Virus record (IMG/VR): IMGVR_UViG_3300023687_000086
Source: an uncultured virus (IMG/VR IMGVR_UViG_3300023687_000086)
Lineage: Duplodnaviria; Heunggongvirae; Uroviricota; Caudoviricetes
Strand: one strand, 5' to 3'
Length of the DNA stretch: 64,000 nucleotides
The notes under the pieces are model-generated. The model was not told the DNA's origin. It saw nothing but the letters and a program-made list of their open reading frames with translations, and searched no databases. Of this stretch, positions 29,839 through 38,909 are shown one piece after another. Position 1 is the stretch's first letter. Each line of letters opens with the position of its first letter. Position numbers and translations under genes: made by a program.

Positions 29839-30486
29839 CTATTTTCTGGGAATTAATTGGAGTTTCGAATCAAATTGTTCTTTGATCTCGCGAAAAATGG
29901 CTTCGTTCCCGGCTTTGGAATCCGGGTGGAATACTTTTGCCAGCGCCTTATAGCGGGTAATTAGATCTTCTCTTGTCTTGCAATCGTCAAAGTACGAAAC
30001 CGATGATGAGCCGGATGACACAACCTTATCTTCTGGTAAAGACATTTTAATCTTTACCGTTTCTATCTCGACTCCTTTTAACGTCTGCAGCAACCCATTC
30101 ATATATTCAATATCTTTGTCTAGATCCGCTAACTGACTCGGAACTTGAGCATAATATCCGGTGTCGATATGATTTCGAACCGAATTTAACCGGCTCTGAA
30201 TAATCTCGGACGTTTCGTTCCATTCATCAACCAGATACGCGCATTTTTGATGAGCATAAGCATCCTGGTTCAGTAAAACAAGGCGCTGCTTCGCCGACAA
30301 TGTCTCCGCAAATGAATCGTTTATTCTTCGAACCCTATCAAGGTACGTATTATATTGATTCGCGGCTGCAGCATGATTTTCATCAATCACATATACCGGC
30401 TTCTTTTTCTTTGGTGATAAAAGAATGAGAGCCACACCTAATACGGTGACTGCTAACAGGAATATTATGTACACTGATGTTTGCAT
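29839..30486 (-). CDS. Membrane-anchored J-domain protein
   Basis: N-terminal TM helix; C-terminal YKALAKVFHPD. Confidence 0.78.
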   Translation of the reverse strand: MQTSVYIIFLLAVTVLGVALILLSPKKKKPVYVIDENHAAAANQYNTYLDRVRRINDSFAETLSAKQRLVLLNQDAYAHQKCAYLVDEWNETSEIIQSRLNSVRNHIDTGYYAQVPSQLADLDKDIEYMNGLLQTLKGVEIETVKIKMSLPEDKVVSSGSSSVSYFDDCKTREDLITRYKALAKVFHPDSKAGNEAIFREIKEQFDSKLQLIPRK

Positions 30487-31319
30487 TTTAAAGACTCCCT
30501 TCGTCCATATACCACGTCATACAAAACATCAATCTGATCCTTTGCATATGGCCACAATCCAGTTGCTTCCAATTCTTTTCGCCTTGCATACATCTGATCT
30601 ACGGCGGATCGCAACGCATCTCTTACGGCATAAAAGGCTGTATTCTCTTCCCCGTTGTACCAAGTAATATTGCCAGATTGAACATCTTTCAGACGAGACT
30701 CTATTTCATCACAGTTCGAAAGAAGTACATTTCTTTGTGTATCGCCTAAGTTCCAGCACTCCTCCATTGTGCGCAACATGGTATTTCGCCATTGATGTAA
30801 CCACATTCCGTATAATGGTTTAATATCCATCTCGACTACGGGCCTAATCGGTCGTTTTTGCAGCTTCTCTTTTAATTCGCTAAGATAAATGTCTAACCCC
30901 ACTTGAGCCAAAAAGAGCTTCCTGCAAACAGAAGCCGACCAACAAGCTCCGGTGAGCTGCAATTGGTACTCAGATTTAACGAATCTTCTTTCTCCATCCA
31001 CATATTCGATTCCAAAGAACCCCTCTCCGTCCGGTGTATAACAGTGCCGGATACTTTTGATTCGATGGCCGTGGCGAATGCTTTCAATCTTGAATTTATC
31101 CACCGCGATGGAATCGTAGATGTTTTGTACGTTGGTGTACAATTCAAAGATATCTTTGTTAAAGTCCCAGGAACTAAGCTCCAGCTTTCCATCAGAACTT
31201 AATTCGTACGGTAATGCTAAGAAACTAAAAATCGATGCGATCTTTTTGAATTCCGGGTTATATGTATTTCCAATCCCGGGTGTTTTTAATAATTCTATCT
31301 CTTCGTTTGCTAGTAACAT
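30465..31319 (-). CDS. Hypothetical protein
   Basis: 284 aa ORF with RBS; overlaps the next gene. Confidence 0.7.
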   Translation of the reverse strand: MLLANEEIELLKTPGIGNTYNPEFKKIASIFSFLALPYELSSDGKLELSSWDFNKDIFELYTNVQNIYDSIAVDKFKIESIRHGHRIKSIRHCYTPDGEGFFGIEYVDGERRFVKSEYQLQLTGACWSASVCRKLFLAQVGLDIYLSELKEKLQKRPIRPVVEMDIKPLYGMWLHQWRNTMLRTMEECWNLGDTQRNVLLSNCDEIESRLKDVQSGNITWYNGEENTAFYAVRDALRSAVDQMYARRKELEATGLWPYAKDQIDVLYDVVYGRRESLKCKHQCT

Positions 31320-31419
31320 AACCTTCTCCTATATGTTTTGTTTATTAAATATAAAAAAGTTTTTTGTAGACAAAAAAAAGGAAGAGTGATGCAAACTCTT
31401 CCCCTTTTTCGATTAACAA

Positions 31420-33749
31420 TTAAAATGAACCAACTGAATTGTCATTGATGTATACTTGCCTCGACCATATCTCGGACGTTGATAAGAATGAGTCAGGAAG
31501 ATATAATTCTGATATCGTGCCTCCAGTATACTTGTATGTTCCTTTTTTAGTGACCGTGTATGGTGATTTAGTAAGCACCTTACTTACATCTATCTTAACA
31601 GTCGAATTAGGGGATACATTGGAAGCATCAATAACATATGTATCTTTTTCAAACTTGTTTTTTATGATACGTAACCCTTGCTTATCCAAAAGTTCCATCG
31701 TTTTTAATGAAAATGCAGGGTTTTTAAACGTTTTTTCAGTCAAAACATTCGTATACGCGTAATATTTATTATCCGAACTACTCCAATAAATTGGAGCTAA
31801 TTTTATCGTAACTTCTTCCGCATATGATGGAATTAAGTCTATAGGTAGCATGAATGTTGAAGACTTTGTAAGGTCTGTCGTGTTCGGATATTCGACACCA
31901 TCTATTCTTGTTATACCTTCTCCAGCTTCATATTGTCTATCTGATACGTATATTCTATGAGCAGTTTTGCTTAGATTATCATAACCAAGATGTTGTTCAT
32001 AAGTTTTGCCACCAACGGTTGTTTTATAATCAATAGAATATAAAACATCAGTAGTGTATTTTGGCTTTCTCATACCTTTTATCGGATTAAGCACATTAGA
32101 AACGTAAACAAGTGTATCATCAACTATACGCTTTTCCCTTCTTTGTGTCTTTATATCCGTTATTTCTATCGGCTTGATATCACTTTCGTTCAATTCATAG
32201 TTCCTATACTGTGACGTGAACGAATAAGAACTGTAATCTGGTGTATTTAAGGATATTTCCTTTAGCACAATACCATTAGATCCTTTCCAGCCATTAAAAA
32301 CCTTGCTATCTCCTATCGATTCAGGCAATGTAAACTCATCGCTTGGTGTATAAAAGATTCTTGCATATTTCTTAGTATCATCAAGATAAACTATTCTCGA
32401 CTGATCTTCTTCGTTATCATATTCAATAGTGTAGTCTGAATGCAGGTCTACAGCATATAATGTATTATTGCAGTTTTTACATTTTCCATAAGTTCCGAAT
32501 TTAGGTTCGTGAGCTTTTTTAGCAATTGTTTTCTGTTCTCTGCTTATCTCTGTACCATCTTCTGGACAATAAATAACCTCATCATATGAGCCTTCGGATG
32601 TACAGGTCGCCTCAATTACATTTTCGCGGACAGGGGTCCCTTCAATATGCGTATGGTGCGACTTTACGTTAACTGGAAGCTTTTTGGAATAATCACCATA
32701 AGTAGCAAGTAATTCAAATGTATTCCCTTCTGGCATATCTTCAGCGAGTCGAATAGTACAATAATTTCCTTCTTTTTTAAGGCCTACTCCGGACGAACGG
32801 GTTACGGACCAAGAAACAGTACCATTCGTTTCTGGCTCAATGAGTGCACGTATCTTTATACTTTCCCCAGGAAATAAATTAATACTATCAAGAGCAGCAC
32901 TCAAAGTGTCATCGAAATTTATTTCCACGATAGACACTGTGTACGATACCGTTTTCTTCTCTGCAGCATGAGCAGTAATCACTCCAAGTGCATCGAGAAT
33001 AGAAGCAGTTTGATTCGTATCCATATAGGTTCCGACAATTTCAACTGAATCGCCAGCCTTTGCTTTAGCAGATGTTGTCACGATACCATCATCACTTACC
33101 TTTGCAATTGTAGAATCACTAGACTCCCAGGTTACCGATTCCGAAACATCTACTCCGTCAAGAAGTACTGCCGGAGCATCATGTGACTGGCCGGATCCAA
33201 TAAAAAGCTTATTATCCATAATACTTGGATCATTTAATTCCAGTTGCGGGCCCTCAGCATCGACAAGTTTAAACTTATAATTGGCTGTTCCTGAATATTC
33301 GCCCGTTTTCACGCCAGCAAAATCTAAATTTGCCAAACTTGATACCGTCTGAGGTTCCGGGTTTAATCGTTTTCCCCATCACCAGTACCAAATACGTACT
33401 TATGATTCTTTTCTCCTGCATCAGCGCGGCCAACATAGTTACCAACGGTGTACTTATTCGTGCCGTCTGTAATCTCAACATCATCTGTTTCGATCTGTAA
33501 ATACTTACTTCCGATCTCACCTGAGACGTCGAGTTTGTAGTCATCTCGGTAGGTCACCGTTTCTTCATCGTACGTAAGGTCGATGATACCTGGCATTCTG
33601 ACTTTATACCAGTGACTGACATTCAACGCCATTTGTGTGGATCCACTGGTAGGATTGCTATCTGCAGCAAATGCAGACAACGGCGTTAAAAGCTGTGTTG
33701 CGGAAAGCGTAATTACTACCGCCGACGTAAGAAAGCGTCGTTTCTTCAT
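31420..33749 (-). pseudogene. Frameshifted adhesin-like paralog of 19814-22108
   Basis: ORFs 33363-33749 and 31420-33336 align consecutively to the paralog; adding one A in GGGGAAAA (33370-33377) joins them. Confidence 0.8.
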
Positions 33750-33863
33750 AAAATAGTTCCTCCTTAAAATGTAATATGATTAAATATGGAAGTGATTTAT
33801 ACATAACAAAAAAAATAGTACAGACCTTTAGTCTGTACTATTCGTTCTTTTTACCTGGTTAAA

Positions 33864-34358
33864 TTAGTTAGCAGCAACCAACTTATAGGTAAAGTTTGTG
33901 GTACCAGAGTAATCACCCTGAGCAACACCGTGTGCAGCTACTTCTGCGTGACCCTTGATGGTACCATTTGTAGCCGGATCAGTTACACCAACAGTTTCAT
34001 CACCGACCGTTCCAGCTGCGGCATTGAATCCGTTTTCTACAGTAACCTTCTCGCCTGCCTCGGTTGCAAGCTCTACAGTCTTTTCATTGGTAACATTAAG
34101 CTTCTGTCCAGCCGGCAAAATACCATCTACAACAACATCGTAGTCAGCCTGGTAAGCTACGTCACCAGTTACAGTACCTTCAAGAGCGTACTCAAGATCG
34201 ATGCTTGCTGGAAGCGCTACTGTATAAGCAGCTTCAACGTTCAACGTTACAGGAACCTCTCCACTTGTCGGGTTGATCACATCAGCAGCGTGCGCTCCAA
34301 GCGTAGATCACACCATCAAAGTACCCATTGCCAATAAAGGCAGCATTCTTTTCTTCAT
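33864..34358 (-). pseudogene. Small secreted WxL-like subunit with in-frame TGA in the signal peptide
   Basis: RBS AGGAGG; MKKRMLPLLAMGTLMV*STLGAHAADVINPTSG; TGA at 34308-34310; ends GDYSGTTNFTYKL. Confidence 0.7.
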
Positions 34359-34397
34359 ACATTTCCTCCTTGTGAAAAAAAATAATATATCTGCTTC

Positions 34398-34916
34398 TTA
34401 CTGTTTCGTAAGTACGCATTCACATGTTCCGGATGTAAGAGGAACCCACTTACCATCCACTTTAATTTGCGGAACCTGTACAATTCGTAATGTATGTTCG
34501 CCCTTAGATAGGTCCTTGCCAGCTTCCCAATTTACGTGCGTACCGGATTTAATATAATCGGTCTTGTAAATCAGCTTGTCCTTTTCATACACTTCGAACT
34601 TCATTACGATGCCGCCATTCTCTTTTAAGTTCTCAAGCTCAACCGTAGTCTGTTCTACAATTACGTTATCCGTAATACCGGAATAAGTAACATAGAGACC
34701 TTTTAGTGGATTGTCTTTATCCTGATCACTTTCTTCGGAATTTTGAATCGTTACAGTTCCTGGTTGCACCGGTTGCTTATCCTTTAAATAATGTACATAC
34801 CGGATACCACCGGTCACGATAAACAATAGAAGCAAAAGTAGAATCACAATGATTGTTCTTTCCTTGCGCTTACCCTTGTCCTTCTTATCGTTTGTCGCAT
34901 TACAATTTTCGTTCAT
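34398..34916 (-). CDS. Membrane-anchored beta-rich protein (possible assembly factor)
   Basis: Basic N-terminus, one TM helix, LENLKEN...LIYKTDYIKSG...LSKGEH. Confidence 0.65.
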   Translation of the reverse strand: MNENCNATNDKKDKGKRKERTIIVILLLLLLFIVTGGIRYVHYLKDKQPVQPGTVTIQNSEESDQDKDNPLKGLYVTYSGITDNVIVEQTTVELENLKENGGIVMKFEVYEKDKLIYKTDYIKSGTHVNWEAGKDLSKGEHTLRIVQVPQIKVDGKWVPLTSGTCECVLTKQ

Positions 34917-35020
34917 ATTATTACCTCCGTAATGTTGAATTATAATAACGACTTAAATATGGAACAAAATTTTGGAACACACAAAAAAAGAGCGCCAAAA
35001 TCCGACGCCCTTTTCTGTTC

Positions 35021-35623
35021 TTACTGCTGTTCTGACTTAATTGCGTCATAGAATACGGCCGTAGATAAAGCCATATATGGAAGCGCATGGTAAACCAATA
35101 CGACACCGCAAGTAAGCTCGCCCAGAAGAATCCAGCCTAAGAATGATAATAAGAATACGAAGAATCTCCACTTGTTACCCTTCATCATCTCAGAAGAACG
35201 CGCCAACACGTCCTTCCACTGCATGTCCGGATTTTCAGCAAGAATGAATGGAACCATAGCGTACTCATACGCCTTAACGATACCTGGTACAATAAGAAGT
35301 AAAGACCAAAGTAATACAAATGCTTCCATCATGATCATTCCCATGGTAACCGTGTTGAAGTGTTCCTTGGTGTAGAATGCAAACAGATCCTTATAGGAAT
35401 GCTCCTCTCCACGCTGCACCTTCAATACGAAACTGCACAGACCAACCATCAATGGGAACGAACACAAAGATACTGCAATGCTCGCCGGTGCAAATACGTT
35501 TGCAACGAATGCAGATGCGAATGCTGTAATGCCAAATACAATTAACATCGCGACGATTACGGATAATCGCTCCTTTTCTAACAGTGTCTTTGCTCTTTCT
35601 TTCATTTCGGTTCTAGAAATCAT
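35021..35623 (-). CDS. DUF975-family membrane protein
   Basis: LWSLLLIVPGIVKAYEYAMVPFILAENP...MMKGNKWRFF. Confidence 0.85.
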   Translation of the reverse strand: MISRTEMKERAKTLLEKERLSVIVAMLIVFGITAFASAFVANVFAPASIAVSLCSFPLMVGLCSFVLKVQRGEEHSYKDLFAFYTKEHFNTVTMGMIMMEAFVLLWSLLLIVPGIVKAYEYAMVPFILAENPDMQWKDVLARSSEMMKGNKWRFFVFLLSFLGWILLGELTCGVVLVYHALPYMALSTAVFYDAIKSEQQ

Positions 35624-35696
35624 TTCTTTTACCTACCTTTCTCAATTATTTATTCGGTTATAAATATGGATTGCGTTTTTGTAAACAAAAACTAAA

Positions 35697-35783
35697 TTAC
35701 CCATATATCACACGATTAAGAATAATTGGAAAAGAAAAAGAACCAAATGCTACTAATAAAGAAACCATATGAACCGTACCCAT
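35697..35783 (-). CDS. 28-aa hydrophobic peptide (not in the ORF track)
   Basis: RBS GGAGG; MGTVHMVSLLVAFGSFSFPIILNRVIYG*; own promoter motif at 35834. Confidence 0.55.
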   Translation of the reverse strand: MGTVHMVSLLVAFGSFSFPIILNRVIYG

Positions 35784-35898
35784 AACACAATACCTCCATT
35801 TCCCCTTTGCATACTGTTTTTTTACTCTCATTCTTAAATATGTGTATTTTAAAATGTGCAAAAAAAAGAGCCCGCATTATGCGAACTCTTCTTTTTCG

Positions 35899-37263
35899 TT
35901 ACCAGGTGATATCTGAAAACTCAACTACATATTCGATTGTAGCCTGGCATTCCTGATAAGCAATGACCTCGTCAAAACAAAGTCTACGAACGGTTGCATC
36001 TCCTTCGTGTCCAGCTTCCGCCCATAGCACGTCACAATCTGGAACCTGCTTGTGAAAATCTTCCCAATGGTTTGGACGATAGTGGTTTGGTAATTTGGCT
36101 CCGTGTTTATCGGTACCGCGATAGTAATAGTACGGATTTCCAGTTGCTACCTTAAATATCAAAAGATAACCACCCCTGTTTGAACCGCCACGATACCTAG
36201 CACCTGCTGCCGACGTATACCCCATGGACTTACGGCAATACGGTGCAAAGTAGATACCATAACCAAACGCCTTACCACAGATTCGCACGTTAGACTTGAT
36301 CAGCTCTGGGTTCAAATACAATCCGCTCTTAAAGATGGACCATATATTCTCGAACCCTGTTCCGTGCCAAAGATGAGATATACCACCGTTTTCCTCGGTG
36401 ATGCCGCGCTTCTTACAATAATCCTGGAATCGTTTCTCGGTCTCATGATTTGTTACATGCCAAGCACGAACAAAATTCCCGGATTGATCGGACATGTATT
36501 CCAAAATCTTTTGCCTCTCATCTAATGTGACATCTCTCATTTCAAGGTTATTCGCTTCAAGAACAGTCTCACGCTCCAAAGAGCCAGATTCGTATGCCGC
36601 TTTCTCTTCATTGAATTCACGGAGCTGCTGACAAATGGTATCCAACTTCTCCTGAAGCAATGAAATGACACGTTCATAATGCTCGTAGTCATTCTGCATC
36701 GTGAAATAACCATCGTGCTTTGAAATTGCAAGCGGAAGCTGAGTAAATACTTCTTTTAAGTACGTATTAAACGTCTTAACATCAAGTGACTTATTCTGAA
36801 GCTCCATTTGCATCTCAATCAAGATTTCATTCGCTCTATCAATACATTCCTTTGGGATCTCTTCGATAGACTTCGTGTAATCTTGCTTCAATTTCTCGTC
36901 ATTTGCCAAAATAATCGACTCAACGAACTTACTGATTGCACGATTAGCGATATCCTTGAATTCCGAAACGATGGTAAATTCATGCTTTGTTACTTTCTGG
37001 TCTGTAACGAACTGATAACCTCTATTAAGGTAACGATTAATCTCATTACCCCAATCAGAAAGTGGCTTTTCGAGCCTTCTATTGCGGTTCTTACCAAACC
37101 GAACCTGTGTACGGCCGGTTGAGACTGTAAACATCTCCTTGTTAAGTATCGCATTGAACTCGACCGTATCGGAACTTACCTCTCTTGTAACGTTATCCTG
37201 GGATACTAACCGAAGCGTAACAAATGGTGTTACTTTCGGATCTAAAATATTGATATCGCTCAT
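35899..37263 (-). CDS. PARP-like ADP-ribosyltransferase
   Basis: LWHGT...GKAFGYGIYFA...KSMGY...DEVIAY (H-Y-E triad), preceded by a helical region. Confidence 0.85.
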   Translation of the reverse strand: MSDINILDPKVTPFVTLRLVSQDNVTREVSSDTVEFNAILNKEMFTVSTGRTQVRFGKNRNRRLEKPLSDWGNEINRYLNRGYQFVTDQKVTKHEFTIVSEFKDIANRAISKFVESIILANDEKLKQDYTKSIEEIPKECIDRANEILIEMQMELQNKSLDVKTFNTYLKEVFTQLPLAISKHDGYFTMQNDYEHYERVISLLQEKLDTICQQLREFNEEKAAYESGSLERETVLEANNLEMRDVTLDERQKILEYMSDQSGNFVRAWHVTNHETEKRFQDYCKKRGITEENGGISHLWHGTGFENIWSIFKSGLYLNPELIKSNVRICGKAFGYGIYFAPYCRKSMGYTSAAGARYRGGSNRGGYLLIFKVATGNPYYYYRGTDKHGAKLPNHYRPNHWEDFHKQVPDCDVLWAEAGHEGDATVRRLCFDEVIAYQECQATIEYVVEFSDITW

Positions 37264-37376
37264 ATTTATTCTCCTTTCATTGCTGATTCAATATTTATCT
37301 CTTTAAATATGTTCACAACGAATGGGAGCAAAAAAAAGAGACCTGCGTAAGGTCTCTTCCTATTCTAAGATACTTG

Positions 37377-37697
37377 CTAGGCCGCGTTCTTTTTCGCCTT
37401 TTTATAAAGGTCTCTTAAACCTTTATCGTCCGTTGTTGAAAATTCGATCGTGAAAAATGGGCCGACGAAGTCTCGAATCGCACGCTTCATGTTTATGTCA
37501 TTAATGGCAGCTTCTTTTGTCGGGTACCCGTTTTTCGTGATCTTCTTAAAGGTATCATCGTTCATAACAATATTATCCTGTGTACCATTTAAGTATTTGT
37601 CCTGCAAATCCGAGAAAATCTCTCCATTAGCAACGGAAATAATGCTTCTCTTAATGGAACCATTATCAAATTCTTGTTTAGCAATCATGTAATACAT
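37377..37697 (-). CDS. Hypothetical protein
   Basis: 106 aa ORF, RBS GAAAGGA. Confidence 0.65.
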   Translation of the reverse strand: MYYMIAKQEFDNGSIKRSIISVANGEIFSDLQDKYLNGTQDNIVMNDDTFKKITKNGYPTKEAAINDINMKRAIRDFVGPFFTIEFSTTDDKGLRDLYKKAKKNAA

Positions 37698-37724
37698 ACT
37701 TTTTATTTCCTTTCTACTTAAACA

Positions 37725-38714
37725 CTAATGAATTAATAACCAGACGCCTAAGATTAGCGCTGCTGTTACGACGCCAACAACTACGTTTCGAATAATCCAT
37801 ACGAAATCATGGCGTCCGATCATGGCACGTCGGATGTATCCCTTTGTTATAGTGCGCTTTTTACTGTTGCAGCTATGACAGGATGCCACCAAGTTTAACG
37901 GAGAATCTGCACGCTTAATTCCGAGCGTCAATGCTAGATCACGATAAGATGTCCCGTCCATCATCTTTTCATCATTCATAAGTTTCGCAACCGGTATGAT
38001 ATGATCCACTTCGAGCTTGGATTCAGAATCGGTAAGATCTGCGCCCATAATAACCTTGCGACCACAATACGCACATCGATTTACTTCTTTTGCGTTATAA
38101 CGGAAGAAGCGTGCGAAGTATAGGTTACCGCGGCACCATTTCTGTTCGTGCGATTTAATAATGATTCTGTAATTGTTCGTCTTAACATCATCTAACAAAG
38201 CATCTAATGATGTTTTTGCCATTTCTGTCGCTTCGTAATACCAGGTATCGTTTTCTTCGTTATGATTTGGACGAAAACCCCAGTTCTTTAAATATTCATC
38301 GTACTGATGTACCAACTGATTGCTCGTATTTCCACGGCCCGGCCAATAAGCACGGACTGTATACAAGCCCTCCTGTTGCGCATTTAGCCAATCATCCTCT
38401 TTAACCATCTCACGCTTTTTTGCAGATGCAAATCGACCGCCAGGAATCGGCTCGTTGCCTCTTGCAATGCGGGCCTCTTCAGTATCAAACTGGTACTGAT
38501 TAAGGTACTTCATCTTACTAGCAAGCGATTTTAACTGACTTAAGCTAAAACGGCTCAAGACTCGGTCAAGCGCAGCGTTTTTTGCTTTCCCGCCGCAGTT
38601 AGTCTTAATTTCACGCTCATATTTTCCAGCCTCGTATACTTCGGCTCCATGTTGTTCTAAATATGCCAATCTGGATATTGGATCCATCATTTCACGTTGA
38701 TTCTCAGTAAGCAT
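37725..38714 (-). CDS. HNH endonuclease with C-terminal TM helix
   Basis: CAYCG...EVDHIIP...NLVASCHSCNSKK; hydrophobic C-terminus. Confidence 0.82.
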   Translation of the reverse strand: MLTENQREMMDPISRLAYLEQHGAEVYEAGKYEREIKTNCGGKAKNAALDRVLSRFSLSQLKSLASKMKYLNQYQFDTEEARIARGNEPIPGGRFASAKKREMVKEDDWLNAQQEGLYTVRAYWPGRGNTSNQLVHQYDEYLKNWGFRPNHNEENDTWYYEATEMAKTSLDALLDDVKTNNYRIIIKSHEQKWCRGNLYFARFFRYNAKEVNRCAYCGRKVIMGADLTDSESKLEVDHIIPVAKLMNDEKMMDGTSYRDLALTLGIKRADSPLNLVASCHSCNSKKRTITKGYIRRAMIGRHDFVWIIRNVVVGVVTAALILGVWLLIH

Positions 38715-38825
38715 AGTCTGTGCCTCCTTTCACAATGATTAATTATTTCATGCGAGCTATACGCTCGTCAATCGTATTTATACTTACAAGACGAAAACTA
38801 TCTAAAATTAGTTTTATACATATAT

Positions 38826-38859
38826 AATACGTATCATTGAAAATCGTTTTGTGACAAAA
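38826..38859 (-). promoter_or_regulatory. Class-2 motif
   Basis: Exact TTTGTCACAA-N11-ATGATACGTATT. Confidence 0.75.
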
Positions 38860-38909
38860 TAATTCATTTTTTACAATAAAAAAGAGGCCACACTTGTGAC
38901 CTCATTTTC

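Noticed and set aside
34308..34310. TGA recoding (Trp/Gly/Sec)
   Set aside because: Single case; TGA serves as a normal stop elsewhere (60145, 60882) and long genes lack internal TGA
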